Source of the DNA: Alphaproteobacteria bacterium MarineAlpha12_Bin1
GTDB taxonomy: Bacteria; Pseudomonadota; Alphaproteobacteria; UBA6615
DNA length: 64,000 nt
Assembly: GCA_002937505.1 (NCBI GenBank)
Contig: PTJY01000003.1
Location: forward strand, 199,898 to 263,897
Direction of reading: 5' to 3'
Part shown: positions 41,285 to 50,608 of the stretch, piece by piece
Layout of the letters: every line of letters begins with the position of its first letter
Position numbering within the stretch: the first letter of the stretch is position 1
The notes under the pieces: model-generated
What the model saw: the letters and a program-made list of their open reading frames with translations, nothing else
What the model was told of the DNA's origin: nothing
Database searches by the model: none
Translations under genes and position numbers: made by a program

Positions 41285-42343
41285 TTAGGAACAGGCGAGT
41301 CCATAGACGCCCTGGATTCCAGATGGCAAAGGCAATGTTCGCCACGTAGAACCACTATCATCTGTGCCAAATACTTGACCTCCGCGAGCAGCACAATATA
41401 TCCGTTTTGAATCGTTTACACTTTCAGCGACGATCATAAGAGTGGATTCAATCGGTAAATTAGAATCAAAGCGTTGCCAGCTTTCTCCAAAGTCGTTGCT
41501 TCGATAAAGTGAGCCCGCGTCACTTATTGCGGCTATTGATAGGGCAGAATATAAGCAGTCAGGGTTATGAGGCGATGCAACAACGTCCCTGGCATAAGTT
41601 AGTGGAGAAAAACGACCTATCCCTATCTCTTGCCAGTTATCACCTTTGTTGACACTTCGAAAGAGCCCCATTCGATTGGCCAGAATAATTACGCCTGGAT
41701 GACTGCGACTGACAGTTAAAGAATGGATATCCATCATGCCCTCATTAGGATCATCAGTAACTTCTCCGCTTTGCAGGTGATCTTGTTTAGCGAGTTCTAG
41801 TAGATCGCTGGAAATATCTGTCCATGTGTCACCGCCATCGAGACTTCTTACAACACCGTTTACTTCGAGTCCCGCGTATATTTCATCAGGATTAGACTGA
41901 TCTATAACCAGACGAATAACGCGCGTTGGAAATGGCATTTCCGGGACCCCTTTAGGTGTTGGCACCTTTAGCTTTTCCCAGTTCAGACCCCCATCTCTAG
42001 AGCGGTATATTGCGAAGCCTTCAACACCAACAAATAATGTGTCGCTATCACGCGGATCAAGACAGATAGACCAAACGATTTGCAAGGGGCCTGGAAGCTC
42101 AAGTGAACACCAACTATCCCCTCCATCATCACTGCGATATGGCCCGTTTTGAGTTCCAGCAAAAACAGTATCAGGACGTTCTGGATGTACTACGATACAG
42201 CGCACTTCGACACTATTAGGTAGGCCATTATTTAATTGTTCCCAATCGTCAGATCCGGGTGCTAGTCGAAGAAAACCATTGGTGGTTGCTCCTTCAGGAG
42301 CACCCAGATAATTTGCAACTCCTACGTAAACTGTGCCTACCAT
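41285..42343 (-). CDS. BNR/Asp-box repeat beta-propeller protein, no signal peptide
   Basis: Six S/T-x-D/N-x-G-x-x-W Asp-box repeats (SDDGGDSW, SRDGGLNW, SLDGGDTW, SVNKGDNW, SNDFGESW, TDDSGSTW). Confidence 0.85.
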   Translation of the reverse strand: MVGTVYVGVANYLGAPEGATTNGFLRLAPGSDDWEQLNNGLPNSVEVRCIVVHPERPDTVFAGTQNGPYRSDDGGDSWCSLELPGPLQIVWSICLDPRDSDTLFVGVEGFAIYRSRDGGLNWEKLKVPTPKGVPEMPFPTRVIRLVIDQSNPDEIYAGLEVNGVVRSLDGGDTWTDISSDLLELAKQDHLQSGEVTDDPNEGMMDIHSLTVSRSHPGVIILANRMGLFRSVNKGDNWQEIGIGRFSPLTYARDVVASPHNPDCLYSALSIAAISDAGSLYRSNDFGESWQRFDSNLPIESTLMIVAESVNDSKRIYCAARGGQVFGTDDSGSTWRTLPLPSGIQGVYGLACS

Positions 42344-42370
42344 TATTAATTTCTCCTTCTTCGTTCTTAA

Positions 42371-43639
42371 CTAACGACCACCAGTTGGATGCCAATTTGC
42401 AACGTCTTCAGTCCAGAACCAAAAGTGGTTTTCTACAACTTTATCCCACCAGTCAGTCATATTGCTTTGATTGAGTGTGTACCAATCAGGAGTATCGGTA
42501 ACTATGTGTTTACCAAGAGAGCGGCCAAGTTCTAACAAATCTTGGCCCAGCGGATTACGGCGTTCCTCCCAGGCTCTCAGTGCTGAGTCAATATCATTGT
42601 GCTCAGAGAATGCATCAGAGAAATCCAGCGCATCCTCAAGTGCTTTGTTTGCTCCAGCTCCGACATGTGGGCGCGCGTAGATTGCAGCATCTCCCATCAA
42701 GCAGATGCGACCACTAACGTATCCTGGTACACCTATATCGCGAATTGGTTGTGTAAATGGCTGTTCAGTTAGGTCAACTATATCGGCAAAGTAAGATGGA
42801 AAAACCTCTCGAGCATACTTTCTACAATAAGATATTTGTTCAGGTGTAGCTGCTCCTGGGGCTGTTCTTGCCTGAACATTGCCATCATTATCTGGAGGCA
42901 CCCCTGGAACTTTTTTATCTGTAATTATTTCCTGGAAAGCCCAATTGAGACGACGTTTTCCGCTGCCATCTCCATACTCGAGGCTTGGTACAAAATATAT
43001 AAATCCGTGTCCTCCTTCATAGCCGAAAAACACAATATCTTCCTCAAATATCTCCGGCCTTGGCACGTCTACTTCTTCTATCATGCCTCGCCAGGAAAAG
43101 TAGTTGGTTAATTGCTGGTCCGCATCTGGAAAGAGCTCCCTACGTCCAACTGAATCGTAACCATCAGCACTAATTACCAAGTCATAACTCTCACGAGAGC
43201 CGTCAACCATGATAACTTCAACAGTTGCATCATTTGATTGAACTAAATTAACTATTTCAACACCCTGCTTATAAACAGCATCTGGAACTCGCTTTCTAAG
43301 ATTGCGATAAAGGACTCCCCAGTGCGCAGCATGTATAGCTACTGGTTCTTTCCAATAGACATCCCATGGCCAGTCGTTTGAAGGTTTATCGAGCCATGGT
43401 CGAGCATACGTTCGGGACCAAACTGGTACATAAGGAAAATCATAATCTATGAGATCACGGTTTTTTAATTCTTCAAGGGTGGGTATGCGCATTGTTAGCC
43501 CAACCCCACGCTCTTCCAGGCGTCCTTGTGAACGCTCGTAAACTGTAACATTGTGGCCAGCACGGATGAGTTCTGCAGCAACAGTGCACCCAGAGATGGC
43601 ACCTCCAATAATAGCTATCGAACTTGAAGGTATTGTCAT
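42371..43639 (-). CDS. FAD-dependent monooxygenase, 2,6-dihydroxypyridine 3-hydroxylase-like
   Basis: IIGGAISG, ADGYDS, WRG, GDAA..ARPH.GAGA.KA motifs of class A flavoprotein hydroxylases. Confidence 0.8.
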   Translation of the reverse strand: MTIPSSSIAIIGGAISGCTVAAELIRAGHNVTVYERSQGRLEERGVGLTMRIPTLEELKNRDLIDYDFPYVPVWSRTYARPWLDKPSNDWPWDVYWKEPVAIHAAHWGVLYRNLRKRVPDAVYKQGVEIVNLVQSNDATVEVIMVDGSRESYDLVISADGYDSVGRRELFPDADQQLTNYFSWRGMIEEVDVPRPEIFEEDIVFFGYEGGHGFIYFVPSLEYGDGSGKRRLNWAFQEIITDKKVPGVPPDNDGNVQARTAPGAATPEQISYCRKYAREVFPSYFADIVDLTEQPFTQPIRDIGVPGYVSGRICLMGDAAIYARPHVGAGANKALEDALDFSDAFSEHNDIDSALRAWEERRNPLGQDLLELGRSLGKHIVTDTPDWYTLNQSNMTDWWDKVVENHFWFWTEDVANWHPTGGR

Positions 43640-43745
43640 AATTTTCTCAAATTGTATTTAATCATTGGGTTTATGAATATTCTGCCCATTCTGGTCTTTT
43701 TTTGCAATCAAGTGCGGACAGTTTTATTCAAGTGAAAAAAAATAT

Positions 43746-43776
43746 AAAAAAGCCGCGAAAATCTTCGCGGCTTTTT
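43746..43776 (-). terminator. Rho-independent terminator downstream of nitrilase
   Basis: AAAAAAGCCGCGAA-AATC-TTCGCGGCTTTTT: GC-rich stem flanked by A and T runs, about 20 nt after the nitrilase stop. Confidence 0.88.
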
Positions 43777-43798
43777 AAAAGGAATTAATTCAATGTGA

Positions 43799-44935
43799 CT
43801 AAGCAGCATTACGAACTACTTCAGCAACTTTTTCTGGTTCTAATTTGAACTCTTTGGCAACTGATTCTATTACACGGTCTCTTACATCTGGCTGTATAGC
43901 CCCAGGTGCATTAGTTTCTGGTTCATAAGGCTGAGGTGGTGTTGTTAAGTTGACAAGGTCCCACCTAGCATAGTGTCCTAGAGAATCGAAAACAGACTTT
44001 ACCACTTTTATGTATTTCGCTTGAAGCTCAGCATAAATGATCGTATCGATATCAAACGTGGGCGGAACCATATATTCTGAGGTGGGTGCTACAATGTGGC
44101 TGCCACCGCAGGCCCAACCCACGAACTGTTCTTGACCAGGACCGCCATACGTCATTGAATCTTTGAATGGGAATTTTTCTGGAATATCTTCCATTCGAAG
44201 AAGGTTGTTTGCGGATACTACGTAACATTGACCTGTGAAAGCTCTCTCTCTAGTAGCAGGGATAAGGTCGCATTTATTGATGTCATGACCAGCGTATATA
44301 AAAGATTCTCCTTCTACGCCTCCGCAGTTCCACATGCCTGGCCATACAGCAACATGAATATCCACTCCTTGAGCAATGTACCATGCTGTAATGTTCACTA
44401 TGTGATTTTCCCAACAAATTTGTCCACCTAGACGACCTATTTCTGTGTCAAATACTTGTAGATCTCGGCTATCACCCATACCCCACCAAATACGTTCAAT
44501 GAATGAAGGAATGAGTTTTCTATGACGTCCTAATACGCCACCATATTTGTCAATATAGACTAGCGAATTAAAAAGAGTTCGACTTCCAATTCTGTCATCT
44601 AGCTCGTTGCATCCCATGACAACATAAGCACCTACTTCTCGTGCTGCCTTACCTAAGATATCTGTATCTTCGCTTCCTACAACAAGTGAGTTATCCTGCA
44701 GGTCTGCCATGACATCATGAAATCCATTAGCAATTGTATCCCAGCCCATTGTCCAATAGGGGTATGTTGGAATCCAGGTTTCAGGAAATACAATTAGTTC
44801 CGCACCTTCTTTTCCTGCTTCAATGATTTTATCACAGGCGATTTCGAGGCATCTTTTTTTATCCATAAATGCGGACGGTGTCTGAACAACTGCTACTTTT
44901 ACCGATTCGCGTCCGCCAAGTACTTGTGCTCCCAT
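43799..44935 (-). CDS. Nitrilase (carbon-nitrogen hydrolase branch 1)
   Basis: FPETWIPTYP (Glu), HRKLIPS..ER (Lys), ICWEN (Cys), DSLGHYAR; start MGAQV after AGGGAGG SD. Confidence 0.9.
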   Translation of the reverse strand: MGAQVLGGRESVKVAVVQTPSAFMDKKRCLEIACDKIIEAGKEGAELIVFPETWIPTYPYWTMGWDTIANGFHDVMADLQDNSLVVGSEDTDILGKAAREVGAYVVMGCNELDDRIGSRTLFNSLVYIDKYGGVLGRHRKLIPSFIERIWWGMGDSRDLQVFDTEIGRLGGQICWENHIVNITAWYIAQGVDIHVAVWPGMWNCGGVEGESFIYAGHDINKCDLIPATRERAFTGQCYVVSANNLLRMEDIPEKFPFKDSMTYGGPGQEQFVGWACGGSHIVAPTSEYMVPPTFDIDTIIYAELQAKYIKVVKSVFDSLGHYARWDLVNLTTPPQPYEPETNAPGAIQPDVRDRVIESVAKEFKLEPEKVAEVVRNAA

Positions 44936-45244
44936 TTTATCCTCCCTAACTAGTTTCACTGTTTATTCTCAGCGATATATGTTGATCGAATACGCAATGA
45001 TAAACACTTTATCGGTTTTAACTTTACGTGACTTATATCTTTATGAAAACAATTTAAGTTTTATTTACTGTGGAAGGAATATTATTAAATGTTACCTGAA
45101 GGCTTTAAATAATCAATAATTGATCTCCGGATAGTTAATGGATGCAAAAGCTGTTATAGTTTTTTGAGACAGGAAATTTATATAATTTAACAATTGATGG
45201 TAATTATGCAGGTAAGATCTTTTTATTAAGGGGATACTTAATAA

Positions 45245-46345
45245 ATGAATTTTGAAAAATTAACGTTTGATCGAATTGATGCTAGGCCTGTTGTTGTAAA
45301 GCTTAATAGACCTGTTGTTGCACGTATTGCTACTATGGATGAATGGCCTCTGATTCTTGTTGACCTATATACGAAAGAGGGAATAGTAGGTCGCAGTTAC
45401 TTGGAACCCTATGTTGTTAAATCCATGAAATATCTAATACCAGCACTAAAAGATTTTAGTGATATGCTTAGTGGCAGTATTCTCTCACCTATAGACTTTT
45501 ATGAGAAAACTAGAAAATCATTACATTTTGTTGGGTATGAAGGGCTCTCATTAATAGCTGTTTCAGGCCTAGATATGGCTGTGTGGGACGCTTTGGCCAA
45601 GGCAGCTAGCATGCCGCTATGCGTTTTTTTAGGCGGATCAATAGAGCCTGTAAAAGCTTATAGTAGCAACGGATTGTGGCTAAAAGATCCTAATGAATTA
45701 GAAAATGAAGCTATAGAATTGCTTAATGAAGGAGCCTTTAGTGGCATAAAACTTCGACTAGGCCGTGAAAAGATTAGTCAAGATTTACAAGCGATAGAAG
45801 TCGTTAGGGATGCAGTAGGTAAAGATACCAGTATAATGATCGATTTCAATCAAGCTCTTGATATGGGAGAGGCGCTAGATTTATGCCATCAAATTGATGA
45901 ACTTGGCCTTTATTGGCTAGAAGAACCTATTTTGTATGATAACCTGGATGGCTATTCACAATTAACTGCTGAATTAAAGACTCCTATACAACTGGGAGAG
46001 AATTTCTATGGGCCTAGAGAGTTATACAAATCTATTCAGAAGAGAGCTTCCGATTTTGTTATGCCAGACTTTATGAGGATAGGCGGTGTAACCGGTTGGT
46101 TGAGATCTGCAGCAATTGCCGGAACAGCAGGAGTTCCAATGTCAACACATCTTTACCCAGAAGTAGGAGCGCATGTAATGCGGGTAACAGAAACTGCTCA
46201 TTGGCTAGAATGGCAAGATTGGGCAAATCCTATCCTAAAAAATCCTTATAGCTTAAAGGATGGTTGTTTGGTTATACCAAATGAGCCGGGATTAGGATTG
46301 GAGTGGGACGAGAAAGTTGTTGCTGCTAATCTTTATGAAAAATAG
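45245..46345 (+). CDS. Mandelate racemase/enolase-superfamily enzyme
   Basis: DMAVWDALAK, IDFNQ, WLEEP, GENF, MPD..RIGGVTGW, STH, WLE. Confidence 0.9.
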   Translation: MNFEKLTFDRIDARPVVVKLNRPVVARIATMDEWPLILVDLYTKEGIVGRSYLEPYVVKSMKYLIPALKDFSDMLSGSILSPIDFYEKTRKSLHFVGYEGLSLIAVSGLDMAVWDALAKAASMPLCVFLGGSIEPVKAYSSNGLWLKDPNELENEAIELLNEGAFSGIKLRLGREKISQDLQAIEVVRDAVGKDTSIMIDFNQALDMGEALDLCHQIDELGLYWLEEPILYDNLDGYSQLTAELKTPIQLGENFYGPRELYKSIQKRASDFVMPDFMRIGGVTGWLRSAAIAGTAGVPMSTHLYPEVGAHVMRVTETAHWLEWQDWANPILKNPYSLKDGCLVIPNEPGLGLEWDEKVVAANLYEK

Positions 46346-46445
46346 TTATTAAAAATAAATATTTTTAATTTTTTTATTTAATTTCAGAGCAAACATGGAA
46401 TTTAAACCCAATAATATTTAATAGAAATACTTTTATGGTGCAAGA

Positions 46446-47264
46446 ATGTCTCAAAAAATTGATACAAAAACTGACCAATTGCTTTGTGAGGTAGAAGATC
46501 AAGTCGCTACAATTATGCTAAACCGTCCTGAAAAACGGAATGCATTGGGTGATGTGATTACCCCAGCATTGCGTTCTACCTTATCTAACCTTGAAACCAA
46601 TGATGACGTGCGTGTTATAATTATAACCGGCGCAGGAAAAGCCTTTTGTTCGGGGGGAGATGTTTCCGGTATGAAAGGAAAAAAAGAAACTTCTGAGAGA
46701 GACAGAAATGATATAATCAATGATCTCCAAGAAAAACAAAGAACACTCTCTCTTCGACTTTACAATCTATCTAAGCCAACTATTGCTGTTATACCAGGCG
46801 CGGCAGCGGGCGCAGGGATGTCAATTGCTCTTTCCTGTGATATGAGAATATGTGGAACTAGCGGGTTCTTTGTGACTGGATTTGGTAATATTGGTTTGTC
46901 TGGAGACTATGGCGGAAGTTGGCAACTTACTAAAATAGTTGGTCCAGCAAAAGCTAAAGAACTATATTTTACTGGGCGAAGGATCGAATCCAAAGAAGCT
47001 TTGTCCCTAGGCTTGATTAATGAGGTTATAGAAGATGATTTATTATTTGAGCATTCAAAAGAAGTCGCCAGGTTGGTTGCTTCAAAGCCTCCCAAAGCCA
47101 TTTCCTTTATGAAACTAAACATCAATCAGGCGTCAGAAGATAATTTTGAAACTTGCTTGGATTGGGAAGCGGTTAGACAAATTCATTGCATGGAAACTAA
47201 AGATTTTTCAGAAGGTGTTTCGGCATTTCAAGAAAAACGTAAGCCAAAGTTTATGGGAATGTAA
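46446..47264 (+). CDS. Crotonase-family protein, PaaG-isomerase-like
   Basis: LNRPEKRNAL, AFCSGGD, GAAAGAG, IGLSGDYGG, EGVSAF.EKRKP.F. Confidence 0.85.
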   Translation: MSQKIDTKTDQLLCEVEDQVATIMLNRPEKRNALGDVITPALRSTLSNLETNDDVRVIIITGAGKAFCSGGDVSGMKGKKETSERDRNDIINDLQEKQRTLSLRLYNLSKPTIAVIPGAAAGAGMSIALSCDMRICGTSGFFVTGFGNIGLSGDYGGSWQLTKIVGPAKAKELYFTGRRIESKEALSLGLINEVIEDDLLFEHSKEVARLVASKPPKAISFMKLNINQASEDNFETCLDWEAVRQIHCMETKDFSEGVSAFQEKRKPKFMGM

Positions 47265-47385
47265 AGCCTATTACTCGGTTAAAATATGAGCTAGAAAAAT
47301 GGTTTTAAATAAGACTTTTTTGATTGCGGGAGAGGCCTTGCCTCTATGTGTTGCTGAAACAAAAGTACTAAAAAGGAGATAATCT

Positions 47386-48381
47386 ATGGCCGATAATTTC
47401 AGGGCTCTAGTGCTAAGTGAGCATGATGATAAAGTTACACATGAAATAAAACAATTATCTGTCGAGGACTTGCCAGAAGGCGACGTTCTAGTTCGGGTTG
47501 AATATTCTGATCTCAACTATAAAGATGGCATGGTAGTAAATGGCATTGGAGGGTTAGTTCGTGACTATCCGCATGTCCCTGGTATTGATTTTTCTGGAGT
47601 CGTTGAAGAGTCATCACATGAATTATATAAGCCTGGAGATACTGTTGTTTTGACCGGCTGGAGAGTTGGAGAAATTCACTGGGGTGGATATTCTCAAATG
47701 GCTCGAGTTAATGGTGATTGGTTGGTTCCGTTACCTGAAAACATATCAACTAAACACGCTATGGCGATTGGAACAGCGGGGCTGACTTCTATGCTTTGCG
47801 TAATGGCTCTCGAACAACATGGTTTGAAACCGGATTCCGGGCCGATTCTAGTAACGGGTGCAGCCGGTGGCGTGGGATCGGTTGCAGTAACGATTTTGGC
47901 AAGTCTAGGATATAGCGTTTCTGCTTCAACTGGTCGTGAAGAGCTTCAAGATTACCTCATATCTCTGGGTGCAAAGGAGATCATATCAAGACAAGAATTA
48001 TCAGAGCCCACGAAACGCCCATTGGATAGAGAAAAATGGGCTGGAGCGTTAGACACAGTAGGCTCTACTACTTTGGCACGACTCTTAACTCAAATTAAAT
48101 ATGGAGGCTCGGTTGCCGCGTGTGGCTTGGCAGCAGGACCTAAATTGGAAACAACTGTCATTCCATTTCTTTTACGAGGGGTGAATTTGCTTGGTATCGA
48201 CTCAGTTATGCAACCTTATGAAAACCGTGTTAAAGTTTGGAACCGAATTGCAAATGAGCTGCCAACTAATAAGCTTGAGGAGATGACCAAAATCATAGAC
48301 CTGTCTAAAGTTTCTGAAAACGCCTCTTCAATTCTTTCGGGGCAGATTAGAGGGCGGTTAGTTATTGATTTAAATGATTAA
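47386..48381 (+). CDS. acuI: Acrylyl-CoA reductase AcuI/YhdH family
   Basis: LNYKDG, PGIDFSG, GWRVGE.HWGG, AMAIGTAG.T, GAAGGVGS, TVIPFLLRGVNLLGIDSV. Confidence 0.88.
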   Translation: MADNFRALVLSEHDDKVTHEIKQLSVEDLPEGDVLVRVEYSDLNYKDGMVVNGIGGLVRDYPHVPGIDFSGVVEESSHELYKPGDTVVLTGWRVGEIHWGGYSQMARVNGDWLVPLPENISTKHAMAIGTAGLTSMLCVMALEQHGLKPDSGPILVTGAAGGVGSVAVTILASLGYSVSASTGREELQDYLISLGAKEIISRQELSEPTKRPLDREKWAGALDTVGSTTLARLLTQIKYGGSVAACGLAAGPKLETTVIPFLLRGVNLLGIDSVMQPYENRVKVWNRIANELPTNKLEEMTKIIDLSKVSENASSILSGQIRGRLVIDLND

Positions 48382-48469
48382 AACCCTTAGTCCCTATCAC
48401 CCTAACTAACATATAACAAATATTATATAACAATAAGTTGCACAGTTATTTAAATGTAAAACATTACAA

Positions 48470-49345
48470 TTATTCGTAAAATATGAAGGCTCTGCTTTCA
48501 ATGCTTTGTCGTGCCGAAGCATCAATGGGACTTGATGGATCCTCAAAGGCAGAATGAAGGGCGTAGCGCGCCGTTCCATCCAAATCTGTGTCGTAGTTTT
48601 TGAAAAAAAGAACCTCTTCGCTTTTCATTTTAGCAAAATAATACCAGCGGTGATTGGGGTCATAAGAAGCATGTTGAGTTTCGCTAGGCCTGGCATATTC
48701 GAATGAAGGTTCTTCTCTGTGCGGCGCACGTCGTTCCACCATGTGCATGAATTTATCATCTATAGTTCTAGCGTCGCAAACAGCTAGAGGCCACTGCTCT
48801 ATAGTTCCTGCTATCGACCTCCAGGCGTTTACAATACTAAATCGTTTTTTAAGTTTCTCTTCAGCCCCATCACCAAACACATCTCTCATTCGTTGACGAG
48901 CTGATGAGTCTGTGTAATCGCTATGAGGAAGAGCCACAGGATTACGTGCATTATGCTTTTCACGATGAGCAATTAAGGTTGAACGACGTGTATGATCATA
49001 AACTACCGCTTCTGATCCTCCAGTTACTTTGACTAAAAGGTCCTCCAATTCGGGAGTGTATAAAGTAGAAAGCTGCGAATCATCATAGAAATCATTTACG
49101 GATGTAGCTTTTTCTGCAAGGGAAAAACCCTCAACATGCAAGGAAAAATTATTATTCATTAGACGAGCGTTTTGTATTTTTATCAATTTCTTCTTACGTT
49201 CTCCTTCCATTATTTGCTCATCTGCAGGGGTATCTGTCTGATGAAATACAGGAGCCCTGCCAGTATCAATTAAGTACATCATTGGCACCTCTACTTCTGA
49301 CGGTAAGTTTGCATCTGATTCTTGTTGTCCCATTAAATCCACCAC
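48470..49345 (-). CDS. CmcJ/NvfI-family Fe(II) oxygenase
   Basis: NAR...FSL..EGF, DFYD, VYDHT.R, HSDYT, NAWR, WPLAVCDAR, HRWYYF, HSAF.DP, RQSIESR; start 49345 or 49333. Confidence 0.82.
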   Translation of the reverse strand: MVDLMGQQESDANLPSEVEVPMMYLIDTGRAPVFHQTDTPADEQIMEGERKKKLIKIQNARLMNNNFSLHVEGFSLAEKATSVNDFYDDSQLSTLYTPELEDLLVKVTGGSEAVVYDHTRRSTLIAHREKHNARNPVALPHSDYTDSSARQRMRDVFGDGAEEKLKKRFSIVNAWRSIAGTIEQWPLAVCDARTIDDKFMHMVERRAPHREEPSFEYARPSETQHASYDPNHRWYYFAKMKSEEVLFFKNYDTDLDGTARYALHSAFEDPSSPIDASARQSIESRAFIFYE

Positions 49346-49483
49346 AAATAATTTTATATGAAATAAACTATCCTAGTTTGGCTAGTCGCTAACCCTAGTT
49401 TTTTTTCTAAACGGAGTTAAAACACTAATCTTTTAGATTTCAGAGCGCTAGTCCTATTGTTCTGGATAAGATTACACTCAGAC

Positions 49484-49762
49484 TCATTTTAGGCTAAGCA
49501 TTTCTTTCTTAAGGAGATCCTTTTTTTTCTTTATTCCTCCTTTTCCTGAATAACCACCTAAGCCCCCATCCGATCTAATAACTCTGTGGCATGGGATGAT
49601 CTCTGGGTATGGATTTTTTCCGCAAGCGTTAGCGACAGCTCTGGCAGCAGTCGGTTTTCCCAACGCAATAGCGATCTCTTTGTAGGTTCTCGTTTCACCC
49701 ACAGGAATATTTTTTAGTTCATGCCAAACTCTAATTTGGAATTTAGTTCCATTTAACTTCAT
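49484..49762 (-). CDS. ogt: Methylated-DNA--protein-cysteine methyltransferase, C-terminal domain only
   Basis: GTKFQIRVW, IPVGETRTY, ARAVANAC..NP, IPCHRV active-site Cys; about 92 aa from MKLNG. Confidence 0.85.
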   Translation of the reverse strand: MKLNGTKFQIRVWHELKNIPVGETRTYKEIAIALGKPTAARAVANACGKNPYPEIIPCHRVIRSDGGLGGYSGKGGIKKKKDLLKKEMLSLK

Positions 49763-49778
49763 TCTTTTCTGCAAACGA

Positions 49779-50525
49779 TCAGTAACTTGATCGCCCTCCC
49801 GTAATATCAAAAACCGCACCTGTTGAAAACGAACATTCTTCTGATGATAACCAGGAAACCAATAAAGCTATTTCTTCTACCTCTACGAACCGACCCATAG
49901 GTATCTTAGACAGCATGTAATTCACATGTTCTTCCGACATTTGATCAAAGATTCGTGTTTTGGCAGCTGCTGGTGTGACGCAATTCACCCTTATATTACT
50001 ATCGGCTAATTCTTTACCAAGAGACTTAGTTAGACCAATTACGCCCGCTTTGGCAGCACTATAAGCTGGAGCATTGGGGTTGCCTTCTTTTCCTGCTACC
50101 GAGGATATATTGATTATTCTTCCATATCCGGAAGACATCATTATTGGAACAACCGTTCGGCAACAATAAAAGACTCCATTTAAATCTATATCAATAACTT
50201 GCTTCCAATCTTCTATAGGGTATTCCCAAGTGGGTAGATTAGGCCCTGAGATTCCAGCATTATTTACTAAAATATCAATTCCCCCCATCTGTTTGACTGT
50301 GTCTTGGGTGGCTTGGATGACTGAGCTAGGATTTGTCACATCGACTTCTGAGTAAAAGGCTTTATCCCCCAACTTTTCTGCAGTTTTTAAAACAAGATCT
50401 AGATCTAGATCCCAAAGGCAAACATCCGCTCCCTGACGTAAAAGTTGAGACGAGATCGCTAGACCGATGCCCTGAGCAGCACCTGTTACCACGGCCCGTT
50501 TACCCTTTAAACGAGGTTCATACAT
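49779..50525 (-). CDS. SDR oxidoreductase (LRA5 / 2-keto-3-deoxy-L-rhamnonate dehydrogenase-like)
   Basis: TGAAQGIG, NNAGISG, AGKEGNPNAPAYSAAK, C-terminal CSFSTGAVFDITGGR; substrate is inference. Confidence 0.75.
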   Translation of the reverse strand: MYEPRLKGKRAVVTGAAQGIGLAISSQLLRQGADVCLWDLDLDLVLKTAEKLGDKAFYSEVDVTNPSSVIQATQDTVKQMGGIDILVNNAGISGPNLPTWEYPIEDWKQVIDIDLNGVFYCCRTVVPIMMSSGYGRIINISSVAGKEGNPNAPAYSAAKAGVIGLTKSLGKELADSNIRVNCVTPAAAKTRIFDQMSEEHVNYMLSKIPMGRFVEVEEIALLVSWLSSEECSFSTGAVFDITGGRSSY

Positions 50526-50608
50526 AGATATCACTCCAGTCATAACAATTTTTATATAGTAAACAGGATGTTAGCTTAAGTCGTTAAAAAGGCAATTTAC
50601 AAACAACC

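Noticed and set aside
46446-47264. AcuH acryloyl-CoA hydratase, suggested by proximity to acuI
   Set aside because: Lacks the two catalytic glutamates of hydratases and carries the PaaG-type Asp motif.
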